A stretch of 59,605 nt of DNA, filler included, from Barthelona sp. PAP020 (lineage: Eukaryota): NCBI GenBank assembly GCA_040182905.1. It is 3 parts of 3 records of this genome, joined end to end, with 100 filler letters (N's around TTAATTAATTAA, not from the genome) between each part and the next. Parts side by side here need not be neighbours in the genome. Positions count along the whole stretch, not along the records: positions 19,977 to 39,813 come from JARQWU010000203.1; 2 more parts are not named here. One strand, 5' to 3'. The first letter of the stretch is position 1; each line of letters opens with the position of its first letter. The translations under genes were made by a program, and so were the position numbers. Of the stretch, positions 20,529 to 31,182 are shown one piece after another. The notes under the pieces are model-generated. The model searched no databases and was not told where the DNA came from. It saw nothing but the letters and a program-made list of their open reading frames with translations.

Positions 20529-23468
20529 TCAAATGTTGGTTTCAATCAAATGATTAAGATCATGTTGTCTCAACTTTCCTTGACATGTTTTGCAAAATTG
20601 CAAAAGATCCATTATTTCAGGGTCACTTTTATTTCTTGATGAAACTAAATTGAGTCCACTTTCTAATTCTTTCAACAATTGATTTGTAAATAACAATGCT
20701 GAAATAATATCTCCAGAAAAGCACTCAGGAAGGTTTTCCATAATTCTTCTCTCTCTTTCTTTGTTCAATATATCATCAAGTTTGTTACCATGTGTCCACA
20801 GATAAACACTATCAATGTAGGTGAAATTAGGTTCCCTTGGAATGTTTAACAAATGATCATTGTACAAATTATTAATTTTTTCCCAATTTTCCAACAAACA
20901 TTTCAAAGAGTCATCAAAATCTTGATCAAACAAAATTAATGAATTATCTGGTGGCAACACTTCCTCTAAATTGTATGAACCCAAAGTAGAAATGATACAA
21001 ATAAACAAGATTGGATCTTTGATTTCTTTGACCAATTGAAGAACTAAAATACTATCAGCGGTAAATATTTGACTTGCAATAAGTCCTTGTTCAGTTAACT
21101 TCAAATTTTCAGTCAACAATCCAGTCTCAACCAACAAATTAACCATTGAATAGGTAGAATTAGAATGTATGAGTGTTGTTTGATGATCCTCTAATTGTTT
21201 AATTCTTTCCAATAAATTGTTCTTCTCCAATATTGCTTTCATATGATCAATAGCAAAAGGACATGCTTTGTTTAACAAATTACTATCTCTTTCAATCTTT
21301 CCCAAATCATTCAACTTCTCTCGTAACATGTCAAAATCATGTATTTTCATTTTGCTGCAGTCTATTTGTTGTTTCAAATTAATCAAACCATGAATATCTT
21401 CATTCTTTATCAACTTAAAACGTACTCTCTTATTCACATTTAAAATTATTTCATTGCGCAACACATTTTCAATGGGTATGTTTGAGCATAGAATATCACC
21501 GTTTGGTGGCATTGAAACAGCTAAATACCAATTGCTTTCCAAATTACTTGACTTTCTAACTAACAAAATATCTTCAGGTTCATAGTTTTCAACACTTTTT
21601 AAAACTTTTAAATAAAGAGGAAAATAACTCTCACAAAGTATACAACCACGAACCGGAAAATTCTTTAATTCTTCTTTCAAATATGTAAGTTCTTGATCAA
21701 GTTTAATCTTATCTAAATTGGAAAAGTTTTCATCCAAACAACTACGAAGCAACACATCCAAATCTCTATTAGAATTAAGAATGGCTAATACAGAACTAGC
21801 AGTAAGATTGAATTGACTATTCTTATCCTTTGAAAGAGCTGGTTTCAACAAGGTCTTTAATAATTGATAGTTTGCATTGGAATTACACAAAACATGAACA
21901 TATCCAACCTCATCTAAACCTCTTCTTCCTGCTCTACCTGCCATTTGAATGAATTCTGCTGGAGTTAACTCTCTTTCAAAGACTTTTGTATTATCAGATG
22001 TAAATTTAAACAAATTAGTAAATATAACTGATTTTGCTGGCATATTTACACCAAGTGCAAACGTCTCAGTGGCCAATATTATATTTATTTCCTTTCTTTC
22101 AAAAAGCTCTTCAACCACAGATTTCAATGATGGCAGTAATCCAGAATGATGTAATCCAATACCTAACAAACAATAATGATGCAATTGTTGAACTTCAGGC
22201 AAATACCTAAATTTATCGGGAATCTGACTAAATGCTCTTTCAACAGCAAAAGTATGTTCAACACGATCCTCACTAGAATCAGCTAACAAAGATGCCAAAT
22301 GCATCATCTTTCTTTTACTAAATATAAAAATAATGGCGGGTAATCTATCATACTCATTGAGACTTTTTAACAATGCTTTCATTGAAATATCGTTAAAAAT
22401 ATCTTTGTCAACATCTTGACTCTTTAAGGTGCTCACTGAACGTGTGTCATCAAAGAAACACTTTTGATTCTCAAAATGAATCCCATAAAAATGAAGTGGA
22501 ACAGGTCTTTCTTCTTTAACACACAAATATATATTCTCTTGTCTTAATTGAGCAATCCATGTACAAAATCTTCCAACAGATCCACCAGTCGCTGATAAAA
22601 ACAAAAGTGCAATATTTGGATAATTCAAGCACAACCAGATAATGGATTCTTCATATACACTTCCACGTAAACGATCATAAATATAGTGTACTTCATCAAA
22701 AACTACATACATTACTGTATCTAGAATATTTGAATGACTGTACTCCAAAATACGAAGAATTTCAGTGGTAATCAATAAAATACTGGCATTAATATTCACT
22801 GACTTATCTCCAGTAATTAAGCCAACATTTTCTTTTCCATATTTTTTGCAAAATTGTCGGTATCTTTGAGTAGATATACTTTTTATTGGTGCAGTAAGTA
22901 TACACTTGGACCCACATCTTAAAGCTTCTTGTGCACAATATTCAGCAGGTAACGTTTTACCACTTGATGTTGGTGCAGCAACGTAAACAGTACGACGTTG
23001 TGAAAGACGATAAACAGCCCATTTTTGAAAAATATCCAGTTCGAAGTCACACTCAAATAAATCTTCCTTCCAATTTAAACATTGATTTGTTTGTTTAATC
23101 ACTTTATATGTATTTTGATGAATTTCATCTTTTTCATATTCTTCCTCTTCAGATGAAACATCATATTCATCATCACTATCTTCAACAATTTCAATTGATT
23201 CTGTAAACTCATTGTAAAAAAATAAATGCTCATTGTTCCAATCAATTTGTTCTTCAACTCGACTCGAAAGCGATTTCTCTTCAAATATTTGTTTTAACAT
23301 GTATTCACGATTCGTTTTTGATATTATTGAATTGACCAATTCATTCACATCTGAAAAATCATTATTCTCAGCGCTGGTCAATTCATCATAACTGTTGTCA
23401 AAATGAATATTGAAAGGAGTCAAAGTAGGTTGATAATTTTTCAAGTTTGCATCATAATGATAACTCAT
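20529..23468 (-). CDS. Ski2/Mtr4-family DExH RNA helicase (Ski2-like)
   Basis: Motifs AAPTSSGKT, TAPIKSIS, DEVHY, LSAT, GIGLHHSGLLP, ATETFALGVNMPA and QMAGRAGRRG. First ATG at 23468. Confidence 0.9.
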   Translation of the reverse strand: MSYHYDANLKNYQPTLTPFNIHFDNSYDELTSAENNDFSDVNELVNSIISKTNREYMLKQIFEEKSLSSRVEEQIDWNNEHLFFYNEFTESIEIVEDSDDEYDVSSEEEEYEKDEIHQNTYKVIKQTNQCLNWKEDLFECDFELDIFQKWAVYRLSQRRTVYVAAPTSSGKTLPAEYCAQEALRCGSKCILTAPIKSISTQRYRQFCKKYGKENVGLITGDKSVNINASILLITTEILRILEYSHSNILDTVMYVVFDEVHYIYDRLRGSVYEESIIWLCLNYPNIALLFLSATGGSVGRFCTWIAQLRQENIYLCVKEERPVPLHFYGIHFENQKCFFDDTRSVSTLKSQDVDKDIFNDISMKALLKSLNEYDRLPAIIFIFSKRKMMHLASLLADSSEDRVEHTFAVERAFSQIPDKFRYLPEVQQLHHYCLLGIGLHHSGLLPSLKSVVEELFERKEINIILATETFALGVNMPAKSVIFTNLFKFTSDNTKVFERELTPAEFIQMAGRAGRRGLDEVGYVHVLCNSNANYQLLKTLLKPALSKDKNSQFNLTASSVLAILNSNRDLDVLLRSCLDENFSNLDKIKLDQELTYLKEELKNFPVRGCILCESYFPLYLKVLKSVENYEPEDILLVRKSSNLESNWYLAVSMPPNGDILCSNIPIENVLRNEIILNVNKRVRFKLIKNEDIHGLINLKQQIDCSKMKIHDFDMLREKLNDLGKIERDSNLLNKACPFAIDHMKAILEKNNLLERIKQLEDHQTTLIHSNSTYSMVNLLVETGLLTENLKLTEQGLIASQIFTADSILVLQLVKEIKDPILFICIISTLGSYNLEEVLPPDNSLILFDQDFDDSLKCLLENWEKINNLYNDHLLNIPREPNFTYIDSVYLWTHGNKLDDILNKERERRIMENLPECFSGDIISALLFTNQLLKELESGLNLVSSRNKSDPEIMDLLQFCKTCQGKLRQHDLNHLIETNI

Positions 23469-23631
23469 TAATATAAAAAATTGAAATATCCTTATTCCTT
23501 CTGAAAATAATAACAAAAGATTTTGAAACTTAAGCTCTTTATAAATTTAACAAAATGAAAATCGAAAAAAAAAATATATCCTGGTCTTTCAGAATGAAAG
23601 AAAACTTAATTCACTATTTTTTACTTAAAAC

Positions 23632-24729
23632 ATGAAATATTTATATTTGTTTGCAATAATTTTTACAATTGTAACAGCCAAAGTTATGCAATTAGACCCT
23701 TCAAATTTTGACAAATTGGTTGGTGTAGAAGATAATGTTTTGGTCAAATTCTTTGCCCCATGGTGTGGTCATTGCAAAGCTTTGGCACCCATTTACGAAG
23801 AAGCTTCTGAATATTATAAGAATACCAAAGTTTTATTGGCTGAAGTTGATTGTGACCAACACAAAAAATTATGTTCAAAGTTTGGCATTCGTGGTTATCC
23901 TACTGTTAAATTTTTCCCTGCAGGAAAAACTGAACCAATTGATTATTCAGGTCAAAGAACTGTTGAATCTATTTTATCTTTCATTCATAAAGAAACTGGA
24001 GTGTTTAGAAAGATTGAAGTTCCCATGTCAAACGTTTTAGAATTGACAGCTTCTAATTTCGAAGAAAAATTAGCTGAAAATAATTTGTTTGTAAAGTTTT
24101 TCGCACCTTGGTGTGGTCATTGTAAAGCTTTAGCTCCAAAATGGGAAAAATTGTCATCTATCTATAATGGAATGCCTGAAGCTGTCATCGCCGAGATCAA
24201 TTGTGATGATCATCGTGATATTTGTTCAAAATATAATATTAGAGGATATCCTACTGTTAAATTATTAACTAAAGAAGGAAGTGCTATTGATTTCAGTGGA
24301 TCACGTGAGGTTTTGACCTTTTTGAACTTCTTAAATGATAATACTGGTTCTCATGTTGATGATAAAGGTGGAATTGCCGAAGATTATGGAAAGAAATTCA
24401 ATTACGCTGCCGCTGCCGCAATGATTGTTGATGGTACTTTTGCTCAAAACCAAATTGAAGAAAATTGGAATCACCAAGATACTGATTTTGCTGCTCCTCT
24501 TTTCAAGAAATATTATGAAAAAATTGCTGCTAAGGTTCAAGCTGAGCCCGATTGGGCTTCCAAAGAATTGGACAGATTGGTTAGATTAAGCAAAAAGGCA
24601 TTGGCTCCAAAAACTATTTGGTCTGTTACCATGAGAATTCATGCTCTAGAAGAATACATTAAGATTTTTGGTGAGATTCATGAATTATTTAAGAATACCA
24701 CTGAAACCATTGAACATGATGAAATGTAG
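23632..24729 (+). CDS. Protein disulfide isomerase with two thioredoxin domains and a helical ERp29-like C-domain (ERp38/PDI-D type)
   Basis: Signal peptide, two FFAPWCGHCK sites, an all-helical C-domain (KELDRLVRL) and C-terminal HDEM. Confidence 0.92.
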   Translation: MKYLYLFAIIFTIVTAKVMQLDPSNFDKLVGVEDNVLVKFFAPWCGHCKALAPIYEEASEYYKNTKVLLAEVDCDQHKKLCSKFGIRGYPTVKFFPAGKTEPIDYSGQRTVESILSFIHKETGVFRKIEVPMSNVLELTASNFEEKLAENNLFVKFFAPWCGHCKALAPKWEKLSSIYNGMPEAVIAEINCDDHRDICSKYNIRGYPTVKLLTKEGSAIDFSGSREVLTFLNFLNDNTGSHVDDKGGIAEDYGKKFNYAAAAAMIVDGTFAQNQIEENWNHQDTDFAAPLFKKYYEKIAAKVQAEPDWASKELDRLVRLSKKALAPKTIWSVTMRIHALEEYIKIFGEIHELFKNTTETIEHDEM

Positions 24730-24876
24730 ACACTTCTAACAAGTCATCGTTTTGTGCAATAAATTTTTTTGAATTATTTCTTTTTTATATTTTTGAACAG
24801 GGTGAACTGGAAAAACAAAGAAAAAAAAGCAAAACCAATGGTTTACGAGAAAAGATCGTGATTATCAGAAACTAAA

Positions 24877-25608
24877 TTATTCAGTTTCAACTTCAACAAC
24901 AGCTTCAGCGTTTAATTGTTCAAAGAATCTGACACGAGGTTCAGCTTCAATGGCAGTTTCTTTCCAAAGATCAGGAGTAAGATAAGTGTAGGTGACAGTA
25001 AGAGCCTTGATAACAGCTTGAACGAAGTTTCCAAGGGTAGCTGAGTGACCAGTAGTTTGAGTGTAAACATCTTCAAGACCAGCAAGAGATAAAACACGAC
25101 GAGGAACTGAAGCAGCAACTAAACCAGCACCACGAGGAGCAGGAACAATACGGAAACGAACGGAACCGCACTTACCAGTAACCTTACAAGGGACGGTATG
25201 AGGAGTACCAGCGTTAGAACCCCAATATCCACGACGAACGGGAACAACAGAAAGCTTGGCAATTCTGACGGCACCATTGATGGCGTTGGAAGTTTCCTTT
25301 GCAGTTTTGACACCCAAACCAATGTGTCCGTTACGATCACCAACGACAACCCAGGCTTTACGACGGTTAATAGGACCGGCAGCACAAACCTTTTGAACGG
25401 AAGCAACCTTCATAAGATCTTCTTCAAGATCGGGGAGAAGCTTATCAATAATATCAACTTCCTTAATAGGAATAGAATGCATGTAAATTTCTTCGATAGT
25501 TGTAATTAAACCGGCATCAACAAGACGACCTAATTTAGTAGTGGGAACCCACTTATCTGTACGACGTGCACGACGAGGACCTTTGCGACCAAAACCACGG
25601 GGAGCCAT
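24877..25608 (-). CDS. RPS2: 40S ribosomal protein S2 (uS5)
   Basis: WVPTTKLGRLV, VPVRRGYWG, PHTVPCKVTGKCGSV and YLTPDLW. The raised GC fits a highly expressed gene. Confidence 0.98.
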   Translation of the reverse strand: MAPRGFGRKGPRRARRTDKWVPTTKLGRLVDAGLITTIEEIYMHSIPIKEVDIIDKLLPDLEEDLMKVASVQKVCAAGPINRRKAWVVVGDRNGHIGLGVKTAKETSNAINGAVRIAKLSVVPVRRGYWGSNAGTPHTVPCKVTGKCGSVRFRIVPAPRGAGLVAASVPRRVLSLAGLEDVYTQTTGHSATLGNFVQAVIKALTVTYTYLTPDLWKETAIEAEPRVRFFEQLNAEAVVEVETE

Positions 25609-25763
25609 AATATATGTTTTGCTTTAAAAAGACAATAAAAAAACTTTTTTGACAAAATTTTCAACTTTTATAAAAAAAAATTTTTTCCCATTTACATAGA
25701 TAAATATTAACATTCAATCTGTAGTTGTTGTAAACATGTTAAAAAGAATTTTTTAAAAAATAG

Positions 25764-28700
25764 ATGAACTTCAAAGAAGAAATTTTTAAAATTTTGAATG
25801 ATAGAACTTTAAATAGTTTAAATGTTAATGAATTAGATGAATTAAGTCAAGATCTACTAAAAAATTATAATTCTGGTGAATTGCTAATTGAATTGTTGAA
25901 TCAAAAAAATTATGGAGAAAATAGGGATATTTTAATCGGTTTTATTATTCAAAATAGTAAAGAAATCAAATTTAATGTGACTAAAAAAGTCGACCAAAAA
26001 TCTTACAATTTGAAGAAACACTATAAATACGAACAAATGATAAAAATAATCAATTCAAAAGATGATAAACATTACATATGTTGTGATGATCAGAGAATAT
26101 TTTTTGATGATGAAATTTTTGAAATTTCCAAAATGTATGAAAAAGAGCCAGAAATCATTGATTTTGATGTTTCTCATGATTTACAATTACTTGTGGTTTT
26201 ATTGGATGATGGAAATATTGGTTTTTTTAACATTGAAGACAATGGAAGAAGATTGACAACAAGTGATTGTCAATTTTCCTGCAAATTCAGAGAAGCAAAG
26301 GTACTATTAATTAGTCCCATGAAAGACAGTTTATTCATATTTTTTGAAAGAAAACTAGCAATTTATGATATGCCAGGTTTAGGATTAAGGACTTGTTTTG
26401 ATACGATAACCTTTGGTAATATCAATTGGAGGATGATTGGCAAATTCCAAATGGAAAGAGACAAATGGTTTCTTGCTGTTGTTGTTCCAGATCAAGGGAA
26501 TTTTAGTTGTATATTGTTTGACATTCAAAATTCAAATATCATGAAGAGGTTACCAATTCAGATACCCTCTGAGATTGAGTTTGGAAGGGGTATTTTACGA
26601 ATTTTTGATCGGACCCTGTATTTTGCTTATGACTGCTATTTATGTTTTGCTAAAGATTATGGTAAAGATAGGTTTGAGTGTATTGACATTACAGATAGGT
26701 TGAAAGTCAAAGAAAAAGGACACCAACAAGACCATATGATGGTAGAAATTTTTGATTTTTTTATTTATGAGGACGGTGAGAGTATAGCCTTTATTTCGTA
26801 TGAGTTTGATGAAAAAGTATCAAAAATATATTATGGATCAATTAATAAAGATGAATTAAGTGTCAAATCAATTGATGGCCAAACCAAAACAGGATCTTCC
26901 ATTTTGAAAAATGATTATTCTTACAGTGTATTTTTGGAAGATGATGATTGTAATGATTTTTGGTTGTTTACATATGAGTTTGGGTTTGATGAAGCCAATT
27001 TAAAGAAAAGAGAACAATTGTTATTTGAAAAGTTAATTGAACAGTTTAAAATAGAAAATTTTTCAACAAAAATGTTCGATGTTTCATGTTACAAGAAAAA
27101 AGGAGGATTTTTTAATTTTTTCAATTGTTTTTTCTTTGTTACTGATTTTGACAAGCAACGAAGGTTTTTTCTGGAAGAAATAATCAAACATGGAATATGG
27201 TTGAATGAAGAAGAGTTTTCTTTTTCTGAGAAGGACAACTATTTAGATGATGATATTGTTAATGAAAATATGAATAATGGGGGAAATATTTGGTATTATT
27301 GGAAATACCATCATTTAAATGAAGTGATTTTTTTGAATTTTGCTAAAAAAAGAAAAGACCATGCTGAAAAATATTTGAAAAATGTTCATAATCTTAACCA
27401 GGTTTTAATATTATATAAACCTCAAAATTTTATTGAACTTTTCAAAAATTTGTTTGATTTCTTTATCAAAATTTTCAAATTTGAAAATACACACTACTAT
27501 TCTTCAGTTAAATCCAAAATTTTACAAAATTTATCATCTTTTTCTCAAAAAGATTCTTCAAAGAAATTTATTGACCTTTTAAGATTCTTTGAACAAAACA
27601 GTAATAAGGACAAAAGCAAAATTTTGCTGGAATTGTATTGCGCAGGCATTGATATTGATCAAGAACATTTTAATAAAGAGGAAATCTTGTTTTCAAATAA
27701 TGTTATAAATTTAAATTTTAAGAATAAAGGAAATATCTACAAATACAAATTCCCAAACTTTTCCAAACTTTTGCAAAACAATTGCTTAAGAATGAAAAAT
27801 TTGGGTTTTGAAGAATTAGTTGAATTTCCATCTGAAAAAATGAATGAATTTTTGGAGTTTTTCAATAATTTTGATTTCAATAACGTAAAAATAGAAATCG
27901 AAGAGATTTTTCCCAAATTTAATATACTTGGTTTACACATCATTTTTAACAGAATATTCCCTTGTTTTAACGTAGAGGAAAGAAATATGTTTTTTGATGT
28001 GATATTTGACTCAATTGATTGTCAACTATTATACCCCCATTATACAAACAACGGTGTTAATCTGTTTGAATTGTCGCTGTTTATACAATGTTCAAATTAT
28101 GAAATCAGCAGACAATACTGTTGGGAATTATGTAGATCTAATATGAGTAAAAATGGGTCATCTGTTTTGAAAAGGGTGTTTTTCGAACAAATTGATTGCT
28201 TTGAACAATCTTTTGGATCATTTGGACAGACACATAATTGTTCTGTTGGTTTTGCTGAATTAAGATCGATTCTGAACTTGATTGATAATATTTGTAGCAA
28301 CACTTTATTTCAAGAATTACAAAGAAGAATAGAAGAAACTGTTACTGCAAAGGAAATGAATTTGGTGGAAGCATGTGAGTATATTTTTCAGGAAGAAATT
28401 TTGAGTTTCGTTGTTAACTATCTTAAGCAATTGGTTGAAATGCATGAATCAAAACCTGTCGTTTTGTTTTGGAATATCAATAAAATAAATATTCCGGAAA
28501 TGAATACTGTTATCAACATTATTGACTTATTAAATGATATGTTCGATGATATGTGCAAGTTGATTGAAGATAATAGGCAAGTTTGGAATTATTTGATGCA
28601 AAATGATGAAACCAATAACGATCCTAAAAACATTTTCATTAAATCTTGCACAAAATCAATAAAATTACAAGGTATATATCCTTTTCTTAACCATATGATG

Positions 28701-30470
28701 GAGTGTTCAGAATTATTGGATAATTTCAAGACCGTGTTGAATAATTCAAAGACTTTTTTGAAAGAAATGGCTGAAGGAAACGAAAATTTTGCAAATGTTA
28801 AGCTTGAAATGAATTCGGAATTTTTTTATCTTTTGGTTAACACTTCTGACAAAAATAATTGTAAAATTTCCATTTCAAACTACGTTGAAGAATGTCCAAA
28901 TAATTTTTTTTGTGATTTGGTCGGTAAAAATGAAACAGATGCTGTTATTTCTCGTATGTGTGAAATTTATGAAAATTTTGAGCAAAGTTTTGGAATTGAG
29001 TTACAACACTTTTTGACCAATTTATACAATTTAAATGTAACCGAATTTATTATTGCAAACGAAGATGAAGTTCCAAATTTTTACCCACATGATGAAATTG
29101 ATAAGAATGAAGATATCTCGAAATTAAATTTTCTAACATTTGATAAAATAGATTCAGCTTCAATTAATACCTATTTTGAATATACTCCTAATATGCCATC
29201 GTTTAAGCTTGATTTAAAGAAAGAAAATTCTATATGCCATATATATAAAGTATTATTGATATTAAATAATGGTATTGACGTTTTTAATGAAAGAATGATC
29301 TGTTTTTTTAATGTAAAAGAACATTCAAGGATGCAATCTCCACTGGAATTTTTTTATGATGAGAAAAACCATGATCAAACGTTATTAGCAAGGATTTGTC
29401 TACAAATTATTGATACAATTTACTTTTTGGTCCAAAAAGAGTTGTTCTTTTGCGATATTAATTTGACAGACCTTATAATGGTAGATAATTCAATACTTAT
29501 CAAAAAAATTAAAACTTCCAATAAAAGCTTTGAATTTATGCAAAATTTAGGTTATTTCTTCATTAAATTGTTTTATCCTTGGTTATTTGATGAAAATGTT
29601 GAAAATGTTAAGATTATCATTGAAGAATTGGAAAAAATGAATATTGATGCTCATTGTTTCGATAGTTACACTCGAAATTTAACGTTATTTTGTTTGAAAG
29701 ATAAATCTTTTTCAAAACAGGAAATTTTAAGAAATTTTCCCAAAATTTATAATTTTTTGAATCAAATGTTAAATATAGTTGATAAAAATATGTTTTTAGA
29801 GGAAAAAATTCAAAAAAAATCTGAAAAAATTAGAAAGCAATTTTCTTGTTATTGCAATGAAACATTGTCAAATGACTCAACAATTCAAACAATTTTGCAA
29901 ACTTATTTCAATATTTTAAAACCTGAAACTTTAAAAATGTTTAATGATTTGAATTTTTCCTATAAATTCATTATTAATCGCCAAACTTTCGATATTTTAC
30001 AAATATTTTACAAAAAATTACAGCAGTTCAAAAATTGTGAATTTGGTGATAGGAATCGTCAAAACTTGATTGAATTAGACCCAGATTTAGATGAATTGCA
30101 ATTCAAAAGCTTATACACATATTTTATTCAAATTATTATTGAAGGGCGCAAATTTGCTTCAAATATTTTTGATTCAAGTGTCTTTTCTTTCATGACCATA
30201 GATTTTGACCGTTTAATCAGCGACAGACAATTATTTTTGGGTAAAGAATTGTTTTCAAACGTTAATTTTGATGAGCCAAATGGAATAAACAGATTAAATA
30301 GAATTCTTGATCTGTATGGAAAGAAGTATCGTGACTGGTACTTGGAGATTTTAGATAGTTTGATTGATTTGTGCAATAATGATGAAAATAGGACAGATTA
30401 TATTGAATTGTTTCGTTTGTTAAAGGGTTGTAATTTTTATACAATAAAAGAAATTTTGCTTCAAAAGTGA
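25764..30470 (+). CDS. 1568-aa lineage-specific protein: N-terminal beta-propeller-like region, helical middle, degenerate kinase-like domain
   Basis: Long intact ORF despite very low GC. It has a WD-like blade (IIDFDVSHDLQLLVVLLDDGNIGFFNI) and a kinase alphaE/catalytic-loop-like segment (ICLQIIDTIYFLVQKELFFCDINLTDLIM). Confidence 0.65.
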   Translation: MNFKEEIFKILNDRTLNSLNVNELDELSQDLLKNYNSGELLIELLNQKNYGENRDILIGFIIQNSKEIKFNVTKKVDQKSYNLKKHYKYEQMIKIINSKDDKHYICCDDQRIFFDDEIFEISKMYEKEPEIIDFDVSHDLQLLVVLLDDGNIGFFNIEDNGRRLTTSDCQFSCKFREAKVLLISPMKDSLFIFFERKLAIYDMPGLGLRTCFDTITFGNINWRMIGKFQMERDKWFLAVVVPDQGNFSCILFDIQNSNIMKRLPIQIPSEIEFGRGILRIFDRTLYFAYDCYLCFAKDYGKDRFECIDITDRLKVKEKGHQQDHMMVEIFDFFIYEDGESIAFISYEFDEKVSKIYYGSINKDELSVKSIDGQTKTGSSILKNDYSYSVFLEDDDCNDFWLFTYEFGFDEANLKKREQLLFEKLIEQFKIENFSTKMFDVSCYKKKGGFFNFFNCFFFVTDFDKQRRFFLEEIIKHGIWLNEEEFSFSEKDNYLDDDIVNENMNNGGNIWYYWKYHHLNEVIFLNFAKKRKDHAEKYLKNVHNLNQVLILYKPQNFIELFKNLFDFFIKIFKFENTHYYSSVKSKILQNLSSFSQKDSSKKFIDLLRFFEQNSNKDKSKILLELYCAGIDIDQEHFNKEEILFSNNVINLNFKNKGNIYKYKFPNFSKLLQNNCLRMKNLGFEELVEFPSEKMNEFLEFFNNFDFNNVKIEIEEIFPKFNILGLHIIFNRIFPCFNVEERNMFFDVIFDSIDCQLLYPHYTNNGVNLFELSLFIQCSNYEISRQYCWELCRSNMSKNGSSVLKRVFFEQIDCFEQSFGSFGQTHNCSVGFAELRSILNLIDNICSNTLFQELQRRIEETVTAKEMNLVEACEYIFQEEILSFVVNYLKQLVEMHESKPVVLFWNINKINIPEMNTVINIIDLLNDMFDDMCKLIEDNRQVWNYLMQNDETNNDPKNIFIKSCTKSIKLQGIYPFLNHMMECSELLDNFKTVLNNSKTFLKEMAEGNENFANVKLEMNSEFFYLLVNTSDKNNCKISISNYVEECPNNFFCDLVGKNETDAVISRMCEIYENFEQSFGIELQHFLTNLYNLNVTEFIIANEDEVPNFYPHDEIDKNEDISKLNFLTFDKIDSASINTYFEYTPNMPSFKLDLKKENSICHIYKVLLILNNGIDVFNERMICFFNVKEHSRMQSPLEFFYDEKNHDQTLLARICLQIIDTIYFLVQKELFFCDINLTDLIMVDNSILIKKIKTSNKSFEFMQNLGYFFIKLFYPWLFDENVENVKIIIEELEKMNIDAHCFDSYTRNLTLFCLKDKSFSKQEILRNFPKIYNFLNQMLNIVDKNMFLEEKIQKKSEKIRKQFSCYCNETLSNDSTIQTILQTYFNILKPETLKMFNDLNFSYKFIINRQTFDILQIFYKKLQQFKNCEFGDRNRQNLIELDPDLDELQFKSLYTYFIQIIIEGRKFASNIFDSSVFSFMTIDFDRLISDRQLFLGKELFSNVNFDEPNGINRLNRILDLYGKKYRDWYLEILDSLIDLCNNDENRTDYIELFRLLKGCNFYTIKEILLQK

Positions 30471-30478
30471 CTGAAAAA

Positions 30479-30533
30479 TTAATAAAATTTAAATAAATTA
30501 AATAAAATTAAAATAAATAAAATAAAATAAAAT
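30479..30533. repeat. Imperfect (TAAAA/TAAAT)n microsatellite
   Basis: aataaaatttaaataaattaaataaaattaaaataaataaaataaaataaaat, immediately after the stop of the 1568-aa ORF. Confidence 0.8.
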
Positions 30534-30733
30534 TTGAAAATTTGTTTTTAATATTTAAAATATTATGATATTTCATAGTATATATACTAAATAAACTAAT
30601 ATTGATCTAAAAAGAAAGAAAAAGGGAATAAATGAAAGGATTTTTTTTTCTTACATTTAGTTCTCTTTTCTCTTGTCACAGATTGTAATTGATATGTCAG
30701 TTCTGTTAAGAAACATAATGTGGAAGTTCATGC

Positions 30734-31045
30734 TCAATGAACGGAATTTATTGGAGATATAAAGAGGTCATCAAATATCACTCCCTTTATTTGTTGTTTC
30801 TTGACCATCTTTAGGTCCAATTTTTTAAGTTACTTGGGCATCTGAATCCACGTGAGTTTTCCCAAACCTTGAGCTAACTCGTTTCGTTGTTCACTGAACA
30901 ACTCATACCTCATAAATATCTAATAAAAGACACTTTCAAACAAATTTCGATCAAAACACGAGGATTCATGACACTCAAAGTTTTTAAGCAAACGAACACT
31001 GTTCTTTTTTTTATATTCTTAATCTTTTTCTTCACTCCAATACAT
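30734..31045 (-). pseudogene. Possible decayed coding fragment
   Basis: A 104-codon minus-strand frame with 3 internal stops: MYWSEEKD*EYKKKNSVRLLKNFECHESSCFDRNLFESVFY*IFMRYELFSEQRNELAQGLGKLTWIQMPK*LKKLDLKMVKKQQIKGVIFDDLF... GC is coding-like relative to the flanks. Confidence 0.3.
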
Positions 31046-31182
31046 CTCTTCTTAACCTACAAATAAAATAATGAAATAATCAATACAACAACAAAAATTT
31101 TTTAGATTTACGGAATTTTGAGAATAGTCCAATCATTTTCTAATGACATTAAAAACCATAAACAAAAAGCTAAACTTAACAG

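Noticed and set aside
17252..23468. Apparent clustering of exosome cofactors RRP6 and the Ski2-like helicase
   Set aside because: They are separated by an artificial linker. The contigs appear concatenated by descending length, so the proximity is an artefact.
30734..31045. TAA/TAG-to-Gln reassignment suggested by in-frame stops
   Set aside because: Conserved genes in all three contigs end in TAA or TAG and have no internal TAR codons.
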